Source: a bacterium
Lineage (GTDB): Bacteria; Patescibacteriota; Minisyncoccia; UBA6257; GWB1-50-10
Reading direction: 5' to 3'
Length of the DNA stretch: 64,000 nucleotides
Assembly (NCBI GenBank): GCA_021814545.1
Contig: JAKAID010000001.1
Coordinates: 107,910 to 171,909 of the forward strand
Shown: positions 9,494 to 19,419 of the stretch, one piece after another
How the letters are laid out: each line of letters opens with the position of its first letter
Numbering within the stretch: the first letter of the stretch is position 1
Translations under genes and position numbers: made by a program
Notes under the pieces: generated by a model
What the model saw: only the letters and a program-made list of their open reading frames with translations
Told to the model about the DNA's origin: nothing
Database searches by the model: none

Positions 9494-10834
9494 TTACACC
9501 GCGCGAAGCCCGCGTATCTTCGCGGCAAGCTCTTTCCGCTTTACCTCTTCTTGGGTGCGTTTTTCCATGTCCTTTACGATAACGACCTTCTTCTCGCGTT
9601 CGGGTGAACCCATAATAAGCACGATGGGAATTTCCGTAGAAACCGCATACGAGAGCTGTGCCTTGAGGTTGCGTTCGTCTCCCGCGTAAAGTTCTGCGCG
9701 TATATTTTGCGTACGGAGCTCGTGAACGATTTCTAAGAGGTCTCTTGTGCACGACTCATCAATGTTGAGCGCCATCACCTCGGTTACCGTCTTTTTTCTT
9801 TTAATGAGCCCGAGCTGCTCCATTGCGGCAAAAAGACGATCGATGCCCACTGATGCCCCCACCGCGGGGATACTCATTCCGCCAAACCGTTCCACGAGAT
9901 TGTCGTACCTTCCTCCAGAAAACACGCTGCCGATATTAGGAAGCCCCGTAAGCACGGTCTCGAATATCGTGCCCGTGTAGTAGCTTAAGCCGCGCGCGAC
10001 CGAGGGGTCGATGGCCCAAGCGGTTTCTGGCACGCCAAGACGCGCTACGTACTCTGTAACTTCCTTCAATTCGTTCACTCCCTGTTCGGCGGAAGCTATT
10101 CCCTTCGTTAGCTTTTCGATTTCTTCGAGGGTTTCTTTTGCACTATGTTTTTTTACGCCCACAAAATGCTTTATCTTTCCGACCGCTTCGTCATCAAGGA
10201 ATGCGCCCTTCTCGCTCTTCAGTTCTTTCGCCACCTCGTCCCAGGAGAGTTTGTCGAGCTTGTCCAGCGCGCGGAGCACCGGCTCAATTTTCCATGTATC
10301 GAACCCCGCATATTCGGGGAGGCCATTCAGTATCTTTCGGTTGTTCACGCGAATGAGAAAACCGGAGATGCCAAGCTCATTCATCACCGCGTTCATGAGC
10401 GCAATTATCTCTGCGTCCGCAATACGCGAGCGCGCGCCCACGATATCCGCATCGCACTGGAGAAATTCCCGGTAACGCCCGGCTTGCGGCCGCTCGCCGC
10501 GCCATACCTTGCCGCATTCATATCGCTTGAACGGACGTTTTATCCCGATTATATTCGCTGCGACTGCGCGGGCAAGAGGCACCGTGAGGTCGAATCGAAG
10601 CGAGAGCTCGTTCTCGTCGCCCCCTTGGGACGCAACGCCATATATCTGCTTTTTGAAATGCGGGTCGCCGCCGGTCAGTACATCGGTACGTTCCACGTTC
10701 GCCGTATCAAGCGGCGCAAATCCGTAGCGCTCGAAGACGCGCCGTACGGTATCAATAAGTGCCTGGCGCGGGACCATATCTTCTGGAAGATAATCCCGGA
10801 ATCCTCCCGGGAGTTTCGGCTCGATGTGTGCCAT
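9494..10834 (-). CDS. hisS: histidyl-tRNA synthetase
   Basis: MAHIEPKLPGGFRDYLPED start, class II motifs, HisRS-specific motifs and C-terminal anticodon-binding domain. ORF-track start at 10888 trimmed to the conserved N-terminus. Confidence 0.9.
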   Translation of the reverse strand: MAHIEPKLPGGFRDYLPEDMVPRQALIDTVRRVFERYGFAPLDTANVERTDVLTGGDPHFKKQIYGVASQGGDENELSLRFDLTVPLARAVAANIIGIKRPFKRYECGKVWRGERPQAGRYREFLQCDADIVGARSRIADAEIIALMNAVMNELGISGFLIRVNNRKILNGLPEYAGFDTWKIEPVLRALDKLDKLSWDEVAKELKSEKGAFLDDEAVGKIKHFVGVKKHSAKETLEEIEKLTKGIASAEQGVNELKEVTEYVARLGVPETAWAIDPSVARGLSYYTGTIFETVLTGLPNIGSVFSGGRYDNLVERFGGMSIPAVGASVGIDRLFAAMEQLGLIKRKKTVTEVMALNIDESCTRDLLEIVHELRTQNIRAELYAGDERNLKAQLSYAVSTEIPIVLIMGSPEREKKVVIVKDMEKRTQEEVKRKELAAKIRGLRAV

Positions 10835-10879
10835 ATCTATAAGTATGCAACATTGAATATATTTTTTGAAGTACAAAAA

Positions 10880-10898
10880 CCCGCACATTATGTGCGGG
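10880..10898 (-). terminator. intrinsic terminator after the CDP-alcohol phosphatidyltransferase gene (palindrome CCCGCACA-TTA-TGTGCGGG then T-run on minus strand)
   Basis: Seen in sequence. Confidence 0.55.
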
Positions 10899-10906
10899 TC
10901 TTCCCT

Positions 10907-11617
10907 TCAGCGCTTCGCGATATCCGCAGTCTTGCGAATGGCGCTTGCGAGCGCGAACGGCGTTGCGAACATGAAGAATGTAGAGGCGAGCCCCACGAAG
11001 TTCAACGTGAGGAAACTCATGCCGAACACTTCGAGCGTGAACTTAGTTTTGCCATAAATGTTCGCGGTAAGCTTCGTTTCGCGCCTCATCTTCCCCCTGT
11101 GTATCGCGTACACCGCCGCGATGACGATGACGAGGAGCCATGCCTCTATCGTGAGAAGGAGCGCAATGGCCGGCCAATGCAACCGACCGATGTCCGGGAG
11201 CACGATGAACATGAGCGCAAACTTGTCACAGATGGGGTCCAAAATTTCACCGAAGCGGGTGTGGCCGTCGAGCAGCGCCCACGCGCCATCGAGCTTGTCC
11301 GTGAGCATCGCGACCGCAAAAACGGTGGCGACTATCCAGGTTGGCACGCCATAGAGCCGCATGGGCATGATGATGAGTGCGAGGATCGGCCGCAACACCG
11401 AGAGAAGGTTCGGCACGGTGACCACCTCTTCCCCCGCAATCCTGAAATTCAGGATGCGCGCAATACGTCTTGCGCGCACAGAATCTCGCCGCGCCTTGTG
11501 ATACTGCATCCACGCCCTCACCCGCGGCACGATGCCTGCAAGCCGGGTGTTCACGGCAGCATTCACGCCGTTGTAGACGCGCGTAAGCGCGCTCTCAAGC
11601 TCCAACACTATTGCCAT
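10907..11617 (-). CDS. CDP-alcohol phosphatidyltransferase (PgsA-like)
   Basis: D-G-x2-A-R-x8-G-x3-D-x3-D motif (DKLDGAWALLDGHTRFGEILDPICDKFA), multiple TM helices. ORF-track 5' extension to 11752 rejected because it runs through tRNA-Gly. Confidence 0.8.
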   Translation of the reverse strand: MAIVLELESALTRVYNGVNAAVNTRLAGIVPRVRAWMQYHKARRDSVRARRIARILNFRIAGEEVVTVPNLLSVLRPILALIIMPMRLYGVPTWIVATVFAVAMLTDKLDGAWALLDGHTRFGEILDPICDKFALMFIVLPDIGRLHWPAIALLLTIEAWLLVIVIAAVYAIHRGKMRRETKLTANIYGKTKFTLEVFGMSFLTLNFVGLASTFFMFATPFALASAIRKTADIAKR

Positions 11618-11692
11618 GCGCCTTTCCTCAATTCTTTTGTGGGTTAAACAGCTATGCGGGAGCTTAACGGTTTCCCCGATGCGCGTCAATTT

Positions 11693-11766
11693 TGGTGCGG
11701 GATACGGGAATCGAACCCGTGCATCTTGCTTGGGAAGCAAGCGTACTGCCACTGTACTAATCCCGC
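11693..11766 (-). tRNA. tRNA-Gly(CCC), CCA encoded
   Basis: Manual cloverleaf: acceptor GCGGGAT/ATCCCGC, anticodon stem CTTGC/GCAAG with loop TTCCCAA, T-arm ACGGG-TTCGATT-CCCGT, then ACCA. Confidence 0.85.
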
Positions 11767-12048
11767 CTATGGCGTTGTGCTCGCAGTTTCAGGGACGACG
11801 ATTATCATCTGCTCGCCGTCAGCCTTGTAATTAAAGCGCGCCTTTGAGACCTTAAGCAGGTTCGCAGGATTTTTGTAATACTCGATATCCCGCTTGAGGC
11901 CGTCATTCTCATCGCTCAGTTTTTTAACCGCCGCCGAAAGCTCTCCTATTTCAGCGACTGCCCCATTCCGTTGCTCGAGCAGAGTATACCCCGTCACCCC
12001 AAGCAGCGCAACGAGTACAAGGATAATGGCCCATCTCTGAATATTCAT
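11767..12048 (-). CDS. septum formation initiator FtsB/DivIC-like protein (TM plus coiled coil)
   Basis: N-terminal TM (WAIILVLVALLGVTGY), coiled coil, and YYKNP..LE..AR motif typical of the FtsB family. Confidence 0.55.
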   Translation of the reverse strand: MNIQRWAIILVLVALLGVTGYTLLEQRNGAVAEIGELSAAVKKLSDENDGLKRDIEYYKNPANLLKVSKARFNYKADGEQMIIVVPETASTTP

Positions 12049-12281
12049 GCTTCCGCGTGATAGAGATCGTTGCTGATATGTTTCGCCCACACGACCAAGA
12101 AAAGCGTAACGAGAAGGTGTACTACCACAATGACCTGTTTTGATGCGTAGAGCGTTACCGTGAACGAAGGAATGAACTCGATAATGCCATAGATGATGAC
12201 GAGCTCGGCGATAAATTGCGCGAGAATAAAAATGATTGAGGTAAGAAAAAGCGCGATTTGCTCCTTCAATTTCGGCGTCAT
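12045..12281 (-). CDS. hypothetical small membrane protein (2 TM)
   Basis: Strongly hydrophobic 78-aa ORF directly upstream of the ftsB-like gene with a 4-nt overlap. Confidence 0.45.
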   Translation of the reverse strand: MTPKLKEQIALFLTSIIFILAQFIAELVIIYGIIEFIPSFTVTLYASKQVIVVVHLLVTLFLVVWAKHISNDLYHAEA

Positions 12282-12313
12282 AGAACCATTATAGCGGATT
12301 TCTTGCGCGGAAC

Positions 12314-14137
12314 CTAACGTTTGAGGAGCTCTTTAAATACTTCCGGGGCGATCTGCACCTGCGCCCGTTCGGCAAGTTTCTTCTTGCCGCGCTGCTGCTT
12401 TTTCCAAAGCTTCATTTTGCGCGTACGGTCGCCGCCATAGAGGTAGCCGGTAACGTCTTTGCGCATCGCAGCGATATCGTCTCGCGCGATTATCTTCCCC
12501 TCTGCCTGCGCCTGAATAGGCTGGCTCCACTGCTGGCGCGGCAGGTGTGCCTTGAGTTTTTCCACCATTGTACGCGCCTCACGCTCGATGCCGTCTTTGG
12601 GGAGGAAGCGGCTCAGGCCCGGCACGAGTTCGTGCGAGAGGAGCACATCAACGCGCGCCACATCGGCGCGGACATATTCCTCGAAATCGTACGCGAACGA
12701 GGCCATGCCCTTCGTTGCCGACTTTATCTGGTCATCGAAGTCACTCACGAGTTCGGAGAGCGGCATGCGGGTGATAAGGCGCACCCGGTCACCCAAGGTT
12801 TCCGTATGTAAATCGGAGAAGCGGAATTTTTTCTGGAGCGCTAATACGCTCGAAAGATATTCGTTCGGGAGGATGATGTCCACTTTGATGACGGGCTCCC
12901 ATATCTCGTCGTATTCGTGCGGCAATTCTTCCGGTTTTACGATGGTGAGCCATTCGCTTCCCCTCTTTACGCGGTAGAGCACTGAAGGGAAGGTGTTCAC
13001 GGTAGGCACGTTGAATTCGCGGCGAAGGCGCTCCGCGGTTATCTCGAAATGGAGGCGCCCCAAAAAGCCCACCTTGAACCCGCGCCCGAGTACTTCGTTC
13101 TGATCGGGCTCGATGTGGAGCGCGGAATCGTTCAGCTTCAATTTTTGCAAGCCCTTAGCGAGGAGCTCGTAGTCATCGCTCTCTTCCGGATAGAACGAAA
13201 CGAACACGACTGGCATTGCTTCCTTGTAACCATGGAGCGCGAGTGAGGTGGGGTCTTTGATGTGTTTCCCCGCAAGCACGGTATCACCAATGCGTATTTT
13301 TTCTGGGTCACGGATGCCCGTCGCAATATAGCCTATCTCGCCAGCGGTCAATGCGCCCGTCGCCGTGGGGAGCGCCACAAGTTGTGGCGTGAAGTGGCCG
13401 ATTTCCTTGATGCGCGACGTAGTGTTCGTCGCGACGAGGTGAATTTCTCCCTCGCCGCCCACCACTCCATCGAACATGCGCACGGAGGCGACCACCCCCT
13501 TGTGGTCGTCATAAAAAGAATCAAATACGAGCGCGCGGCCCACCTCCAATTCCGAGCGGCGGGGCGCGGGCACCCTGTCTATCATTGCCTCAAGCAGCTC
13601 CCTCACCCCCTCGCCTGTTTTCCCCGAAACGTGGCGTATTTCGGCAACAGGCACGCCGATGAGGCTTGCGAGGTCTTCGCGAATACGCACGAGGCGCTCA
13701 TTCCCGAGGTCTATCTCCCCCTTTTCGTTCTTGAAAAAATCTACTTTGTTCAGCGCCCCTACGACCGTAAGGCCCGCCGCTTTTGCGAGGCGGTGGTTCG
13801 CGAGTGTTTGTGCCTGGATACCCTGCGTCGCATCCACCAAAAGCACTGCCCCCTCGACCGCATAGAGGGCGCGAGAAACTTCGTATGAAAAATCCGAGTG
13901 CCCCGGCGTGTCGATGAGGTTCAAAATATATTCGGCGCCCCCGTACGCGTATCGCATGCGCACCGGCGCCATTTTTATGGTAATGCCGCGTTCGCGTTCA
14001 AGTTCAAGCTGGTCGAGATACTGCTCCTTCATTTTTCTCTTCTCCACCGTCCCCGTGACCTCCAAAAAACGATCGGCAAGCGTGCTCTTGCCGTGATCTA
14101 CATGGGCGATAATGACGAAGTTCCTGATTTGTTTCAT
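12314..14137 (-). CDS. lepA: elongation factor 4 (LepA)
   Basis: MKQIRNFVIIAHVDHGKSTLADRFLE.. G-domain motifs, DTPGH, NKVD, LepA C-terminal domain. Confidence 0.95.
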   Translation of the reverse strand: MKQIRNFVIIAHVDHGKSTLADRFLEVTGTVEKRKMKEQYLDQLELERERGITIKMAPVRMRYAYGGAEYILNLIDTPGHSDFSYEVSRALYAVEGAVLLVDATQGIQAQTLANHRLAKAAGLTVVGALNKVDFFKNEKGEIDLGNERLVRIREDLASLIGVPVAEIRHVSGKTGEGVRELLEAMIDRVPAPRRSELEVGRALVFDSFYDDHKGVVASVRMFDGVVGGEGEIHLVATNTTSRIKEIGHFTPQLVALPTATGALTAGEIGYIATGIRDPEKIRIGDTVLAGKHIKDPTSLALHGYKEAMPVVFVSFYPEESDDYELLAKGLQKLKLNDSALHIEPDQNEVLGRGFKVGFLGRLHFEITAERLRREFNVPTVNTFPSVLYRVKRGSEWLTIVKPEELPHEYDEIWEPVIKVDIILPNEYLSSVLALQKKFRFSDLHTETLGDRVRLITRMPLSELVSDFDDQIKSATKGMASFAYDFEEYVRADVARVDVLLSHELVPGLSRFLPKDGIEREARTMVEKLKAHLPRQQWSQPIQAQAEGKIIARDDIAAMRKDVTGYLYGGDRTRKMKLWKKQQRGKKKLAERAQVQIAPEVFKELLKR

Positions 14138-16239
14138 TGTCGTGCGAGGGTAAGCGTGATATCGATTTTACCGTCGATGTCCGCATTCGTGTAGGAATAG
14201 GTCGGCGTACCGGACTCTTTCCATACGAAGCCGATGGGGGCATTTATTGTTGCAGAAAGCGCCGTGGGTACCCCTGACTGGCGTTCATAGATGAAGCGAT
14301 ACGACGAACCCTCATCTATTGAAGTATGAGCAGTATTGTCCGTATGGTACCGCATCGTCAAGGCGCCCGATTTGCCCGCAGGGATATTGAACCATGTCGC
14401 GAATGCGGTTTTCCCAAACTCTTCCATGACCCAGGCGTTCATGCCGGCGAGCGCCACCCGGCTCCCGTCTATTGCCGCAAGGTCAGGGTTCGCCGTGTAG
14501 CCGCCCGTCTCATAGTTGAACGTAGGGATTATTTTTTTCACGGAGTTACCGCTCATTGATACGAGTTTGGAGCCCGGGTTTGCAAGCACCTGGATAAAAT
14601 TCTTGTTCTCCGTGTTCCACCACGGGTCCTTTTTGCCGCCCCCTTTGTGATCGCGCGTTATGGTGAGGTCGGTAAGCGACGCGCCTGCGGTGTCCACGTT
14701 TATCGTTGCGGTGACCGATTGTGCGACGAGCGCATCAGTTTTCCCACCCGCTACGTTCGCATCAACGACCGCAAGGTAGCTTCCTTCGAAATCTTGCGAG
14801 AGTTCGTGCACGGCACCCCCCATGCCTGCATCAAGAATGTAGCGCATGAGTGCGGGGTCTTTCGCGTAGAACATAATATCCTTCTTCGCGATACGTTCAC
14901 CGAGCTCTTTAATGAATGCGCGTTGCGCATCGGGCCCGAGCTCCTTCATTTTTTCGAGCAGGAGCGGCGCCAAAACCTTCAATATTTTTTTCGGATGTCC
15001 TGCGGCCTTATCCTTGCCCGCTTCCACCTCTCGCTGCACCTCGGCCAGGAAATTATTTTGGTCGATGATGAGTTTATATTCGGGGAGTTCAATGGGGCCG
15101 GTTGCTTCGAGCATGCTCTGCATGACCGGAATGTTTATCGCAATCGCACCGTCGAAGGTGATACCTTTCTCTGCGTACATGCGCGATGCCTCAAGGAAGT
15201 TCACGACTGTTTTTGCGGAGGTCGGAAAATCGAAGAACCAGTTCGCATCGCGCGCGCCCCAATTTTCACTCACCGTTTGCAGTTGATAGGGCGGTATCAC
15301 CTTGTCGAGGAACCAGCCGTCCGGGTCATAAATATCCCGAACGTCGATATTTTTCATCACTCCCTGCCCTATCGTCACATCCGCATAGCTGCCGATAAAG
15401 CCGCCGCCGGGGCGTATTTCTGCGGGATTCTGAAAAAGAAAGAGGATGTGGCGGTCGGCATCGGTATTGAGAAGCCCTATGAGCTGGCCGAGGAAGGCGT
15501 CGGCACGGTAGAGGTCGGCGCTGTGCGTGACATATTTGGAGCCTATCGCGTCATCGATAGAATTAAAGTATGAAGAAACAAGGCGGAGATTCGCGGTGGC
15601 GTTCTTTGCTGTTCGCGCTTCGTCGATGATGGCGCGTATCGCGCTCCGCACGCCGGTGAGCTCAGCGAGGAACGCGGGGCCGTTCGACTGGAAATCGGAA
15701 AACCCGTGCTGTTTTAACTCAACCGTCGCCTCCGCAAGACGCAAAAAATAGACATTGAGAAGCGTTACGGAACGGAGAAGCGCGTTCCCCTCTTTAAATG
15801 CGGGGATAATACTGCCGAGTATCCCCATTACTCCATCTGCGTGGCTCCGCGCGAGAACCGCATTCACCTTTCCAAGCTCTGCCGCATTGTCCTTTAGCGC
15901 CGCCGCCGCGCGTTCGGGGTCGAGGTCTTGGAGTGCATCAACCGAGTGCGTAAAATTCGCGCTTATCTTCGCGCTGGAATTCTGGAGAAGCTCTTTTGCA
16001 CTCACGAGCGTATACGCATTCCATGCGCCGAATATGAGGATGATGAGAAACGCACTTCCCAAAAATACCTTGAGGAAAAGTCCGATGTCCTTCGCGATAT
16101 GCGAATTGCGCAGAGGAGCTTTTCTCAAATTCAGCGTAGTGTTGTGCGCTGACCACGAGTAATTCATGTGGGGATTTTTCACGTCCACCATCATCGGGTC
16201 GATATTCTTTTTCGGTACGTGCTCTCGAGTATTTGTCAC
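14134..16239 (-). CDS. DUF4012 domain-containing protein (N-terminal TM, large extracytoplasmic domain)
   Basis: Hallmark NPAEIRPGGGFIGSYADV motif. The family is typically found beside glycosyltransferases in CPR/Gram-positive surface-polysaccharide loci. Confidence 0.8.
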   Translation of the reverse strand: MTNTREHVPKKNIDPMMVDVKNPHMNYSWSAHNTTLNLRKAPLRNSHIAKDIGLFLKVFLGSAFLIILIFGAWNAYTLVSAKELLQNSSAKISANFTHSVDALQDLDPERAAAALKDNAAELGKVNAVLARSHADGVMGILGSIIPAFKEGNALLRSVTLLNVYFLRLAEATVELKQHGFSDFQSNGPAFLAELTGVRSAIRAIIDEARTAKNATANLRLVSSYFNSIDDAIGSKYVTHSADLYRADAFLGQLIGLLNTDADRHILFLFQNPAEIRPGGGFIGSYADVTIGQGVMKNIDVRDIYDPDGWFLDKVIPPYQLQTVSENWGARDANWFFDFPTSAKTVVNFLEASRMYAEKGITFDGAIAINIPVMQSMLEATGPIELPEYKLIIDQNNFLAEVQREVEAGKDKAAGHPKKILKVLAPLLLEKMKELGPDAQRAFIKELGERIAKKDIMFYAKDPALMRYILDAGMGGAVHELSQDFEGSYLAVVDANVAGGKTDALVAQSVTATINVDTAGASLTDLTITRDHKGGGKKDPWWNTENKNFIQVLANPGSKLVSMSGNSVKKIIPTFNYETGGYTANPDLAAIDGSRVALAGMNAWVMEEFGKTAFATWFNIPAGKSGALTMRYHTDNTAHTSIDEGSSYRFIYERQSGVPTALSATINAPIGFVWKESGTPTYSYTNADIDGKIDITLTLARQ

Positions 16240-17372
16240 GATAGTTCAGAAAAAATGTTGCGGAGCGAACGGGCTGCAGCCTTCCACGTGAAGCGCTTCA
16301 CGTTCTCGCTCCCTTTGTTAATAAGACGCTCTTTCAAAGCGCTTCCTTTCAAGAGCATGCGTATCGCATCGGCGAGTTCTCCCACCTTCCACGGGTCTAC
16401 CAGGAGCGCGGAATCCCGCACTATTTCTGGCAGCGAGGAGCGATTCGAAGTAATTACCGACGTTCCGCATGCCTGCGCCTCGAGCGGCGGGAATCCGAAC
16501 CCTTCAAAAAACGAGGGGTACACGAATGCCTCGGCAAGATTGTAGAGTATGCGCAGCTCTTCATGCGACGCCTCGCCCCAAAATATAATATCGTCTTTCC
16601 ATTTCGCCCGCGCGGCGTCTCTAAAAATTGTATCACACAGCCAGCCCCGCTTCCCCGCAATTACGAGGCGCAATTCTCTTAAATAGGGGTCGCTTTTCAC
16701 CACGTCGAACGCGCGTATGAGCCCCGAGATGTTCTTCCTCGGCTCGAGCGTTCCCACGAAGAGCAAAAAGGGGCGTGCAAGGCGCCAGTCGCGCATCATT
16801 GCCACATGTTTCGGGTCATCCGGCGCGAGCTTTCGGTAAAACGGATTCACCCCCGAATACACCGTGCGCACCTTTGTTTCGTGAAGTCCGAACGCGCTCA
16901 TAAGGTCGCGCCGCGTAAATTCCGATACTGCGACAAGCATATCCGCTTCGCGCGCCTGAGTCTTATAACCCTGAAGCCAGTGCCAAAATCGCTTCCGCGC
17001 AGGATAGAATTCCGGAAAATGGAGGAAGGAGAGGTCGTGAAAGGTAATGACCCGTTTTGCAGTACGCGGCTTGGGAAGCGCGTTGAAGTGCGGACTGAAC
17101 ACCACGTCCGCATCACGCGGTTCGATGTGCGGCATACCAAGCAGGCGTATCGACGCATCAAGAAACCTATTAGGAATGCCCCACACGCGCACGGACGTAT
17201 TCTCGCGTATCCAGTTTTCGGGGAGTGGTGCGCGGGAGAGGCCGCTCGAGAAGAATTCGTATTGGTCTCCCGTATTTTCCTGAAGGAGCGCATCCACCAT
17301 GTGGCGCGTATATTCCTCTACTCCCGAAACGTTGCCCCTCCCCAGAACGCGCGTATCAACGACTATTTTCAT
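16236..17372 (-). CDS. glycosyltransferase family 4 (GT-B)
   Basis: C-terminal E-x7-E motif region (EASHEELRILYNLAEAFVYPSFFEGFGFPPLEAQACG). Start set at MKIVVDTRVL; the ORF-track start at 17429 would overlap the upstream gene by 50 nt. Confidence 0.85.
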   Translation of the reverse strand: MKIVVDTRVLGRGNVSGVEEYTRHMVDALLQENTGDQYEFFSSGLSRAPLPENWIRENTSVRVWGIPNRFLDASIRLLGMPHIEPRDADVVFSPHFNALPKPRTAKRVITFHDLSFLHFPEFYPARKRFWHWLQGYKTQAREADMLVAVSEFTRRDLMSAFGLHETKVRTVYSGVNPFYRKLAPDDPKHVAMMRDWRLARPFLLFVGTLEPRKNISGLIRAFDVVKSDPYLRELRLVIAGKRGWLCDTIFRDAARAKWKDDIIFWGEASHEELRILYNLAEAFVYPSFFEGFGFPPLEAQACGTSVITSNRSSLPEIVRDSALLVDPWKVGELADAIRMLLKGSALKERLINKGSENVKRFTWKAAARSLRNIFSELS

Positions 17373-17379
17373 ACGGGAT

Positions 17380-18495
17380 TCATGCGACGTGAGAGAACCC
17401 GAGCGAGCGCACGACGTCGCGCAGGGCACGTACGAACTTCTCCTTCGAAAAACGCTGCGCTTCGCGCGCGATGGCTTTTCTGTCGAACGACATGGCCTCG
17501 AACTCCCGCACGGCCGACTCTATCGCCTCCGGCGTCTGTTCGTTGAACAAGAGACCGGTGCGTTTATGTGTTACTATCTCCCCTCCGCCCCCCACGCGAT
17601 ACGCGAGCACCGGGAGACCGCATGCCTGCGCCTCGGCCGCCACGAGACCGAAGTCTTCGATTTGCGGGAAAATGAGCGCCTTCGCGTTCGAGTAGAGTTT
17701 TCGGAGCTCTGCATCGGAAATGTCGGTCAAAAATTCTATCTTTCCCGAATTCGCAAGCGCGCGCAGCTTTGCCGCTTCCGGGCCCGCACCTACTATCTTC
17801 AATGGTTTTTTAAGCTTATTAAACGCTTTTATTGCGATATCGAACCCTTTGTAATAGAGCAGGCGGCCCGCCATAAGGTAGTAATCGCCACCCTTGCCGT
17901 CCATTTCGGGGTAGAACACGTCGGTCGCAACGGGTGGATGAATAACCTGCGCCTCGCGCCAATAGTATGAACGCACCTTGTCGGCGATGTACTTCGAGTT
18001 CGCTACAAATACGTTCACGTGCGTCGACGCGTGCACGTCCCATTTCCGCAGCCAGCCCGCAATAGGGCTTATCACGAATTCTTTGAGCATCCACGGCGCG
18101 AATGAGAGGTTCTTCAGATACTCTATCTCCCACGCGTAACGGAGCGGGCTGTGGCAATAGCAAATGTGGTAGGTACCTTTTACATGGAACCCCTTCGCAT
18201 ACCCGGCAGTCGAGGAAATAATGAGGTCGTAGTGCTCATCGCTTGTGACGAGGTCTGACGCAAGGGGCATGAGAGGAATGAACGCGCGGTGCTTCCGGCG
18301 CACGAGCGGTATATCAAGAAAGCTTGTCTTTTTTATATTCCGTTCAAAAATGCCGAACGTGCGGTCGCGGTCGTAGAGCAGCGTATAAATGTCCGCATCA
18401 GGGAACACTTCAAGCATCGTCTGGAGCACGCGTTCCGCGCCCCCGAACTGATTCAGATAATCATGTAGTATCGCGACCCGCATTCCCCTCATCAT
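17380..18495 (-). CDS. glycosyltransferase family 4 (GT-B)
   Basis: MRVAILHDYL.. N-terminal GT4 domain and C-terminal FPQIEDFGLVAAEAQACGLPVLAYRVGG; the exact start (18483/18495/18519) is uncertain. Confidence 0.85.
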   Translation of the reverse strand: MMRGMRVAILHDYLNQFGGAERVLQTMLEVFPDADIYTLLYDRDRTFGIFERNIKKTSFLDIPLVRRKHRAFIPLMPLASDLVTSDEHYDLIISSTAGYAKGFHVKGTYHICYCHSPLRYAWEIEYLKNLSFAPWMLKEFVISPIAGWLRKWDVHASTHVNVFVANSKYIADKVRSYYWREAQVIHPPVATDVFYPEMDGKGGDYYLMAGRLLYYKGFDIAIKAFNKLKKPLKIVGAGPEAAKLRALANSGKIEFLTDISDAELRKLYSNAKALIFPQIEDFGLVAAEAQACGLPVLAYRVGGGGEIVTHKRTGLLFNEQTPEAIESAVREFEAMSFDRKAIAREAQRFSKEKFVRALRDVVRSLGFSHVA

Positions 18496-18534
18496 ACCCG
18501 CGACCGCGCGCGAGCACAATAAATTGCAGCACCA

Positions 18535-19122
18535 TTACACGCCGGTGGGGTCGAAAAACAGTATCCACACCGTGCGGAATAATATCGAAGCGTCGAGCAG
18601 GAGCGAACGGTGCTCTACGTAATATTTATCGAGTTCCAATTCTTTCTTGAACGGCAAACTCGACGCCCCGCTCACCTGCGAGAGGCCGGTAAGCCCCGCC
18701 CTTGCGAGCGAAAGCGACTTGAATTCTTTCGGATACTGCGCAAGCTCTCCCGGCTCGTGCGGACGCGGGCCGACCATCGAAAGGTCGCCCATGAGCACAT
18801 TCACGAATTGAGGGAATTCATCGATGCGGAACTTGCGGAGCACTTTCCCCACCCGCGTGAGGCGCGGGTCATTTTTTATCTTGAAGAGTGGGCCGTCTTT
18901 CCGTTCGTTTAAGGGCTGAAGGCCGCACTTCATCGCGTGCGCGCCCCGCACCATAGAGCGAAATTTGAATACGCGAATGCGTTTTCCGCCGCTCACCCGC
19001 TCGAGCGCCACGAACACAGGGAAGCCGCTCTCAAGCACGATGGCGGCCCCTACGAACGGCGTCACCGCCGCAAGGAGCGCTATCCCCAGGAGTGCCCCCA
19101 GTATGTCGAATACGCGCTTCAT
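18535..19122 (-). CDS. polyprenyl-phosphate sugar-1-phosphate transferase (bacterial sugar transferase family, WbaP/WcaJ C-terminal-domain type)
   Basis: MKRVFDILGALLGIALL.. TM helix, then KFRSM motif, PLFKIKNDPRLTRVGKVLRKFRIDEFPQFVNVLMGDLSMVGPRP. Start trimmed to 19122. Confidence 0.85.
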   Translation of the reverse strand: MKRVFDILGALLGIALLAAVTPFVGAAIVLESGFPVFVALERVSGGKRIRVFKFRSMVRGAHAMKCGLQPLNERKDGPLFKIKNDPRLTRVGKVLRKFRIDEFPQFVNVLMGDLSMVGPRPHEPGELAQYPKEFKSLSLARAGLTGLSQVSGASSLPFKKELELDKYYVEHRSLLLDASILFRTVWILFFDPTGV

Positions 19123-19143
19123 CACCTCATGTATAATACTATT

Positions 19144-19419
19144 ATGGAAGGAAAAGACTACCTCATGGAATTTTACGGGGAAGAATGCCCCCACTGTGAA
19201 AAAATGAAGCCGCTCGTCGAGCAGCTTGAGCGCGAATTGGATATCACGGTCGCAAAATACGAGGTGTGGCACAACGACACGAACCGCGAAATGATGACGA
19301 AGCTCGACGTCGAACGTTGTGATGGGGTGCCCTTCTTTTATAATACGCGCTCGAAGCGTTCTATCTGCGGCGAGGCAGAATACGCCGACCTTCTCGCGTG
19401 GGCCTCTGCCGAGCAGTAA
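19144..19419 (+). CDS. thioredoxin-family protein (CPHC active site)
   Basis: EFYGEECPHCEKM.. CxxC motif at the N-terminus of a thioredoxin fold; alternative start at 19129. Confidence 0.7.
   Translation: MEGKDYLMEFYGEECPHCEKMKPLVEQLERELDITVAKYEVWHNDTNREMMTKLDVERCDGVPFFYNTRSKRSICGEAEYADLLAWASAEQ

Noticed and set aside
10145-11647. 500-aa plus-strand ORF
   Set aside because: Antisense shadow of hisS and the CDP-alcohol phosphatidyltransferase gene in GC-rich DNA. Low-complexity Arg/His-rich translation with no motifs, and it overlaps two well-supported minus-strand genes.
10907-11752. 5' extension of the phosphatidyltransferase ORF
   Set aside because: The extension runs straight through tRNA-Gly(CCC) at 11693-11766; trimmed to the internal Met at 11617.
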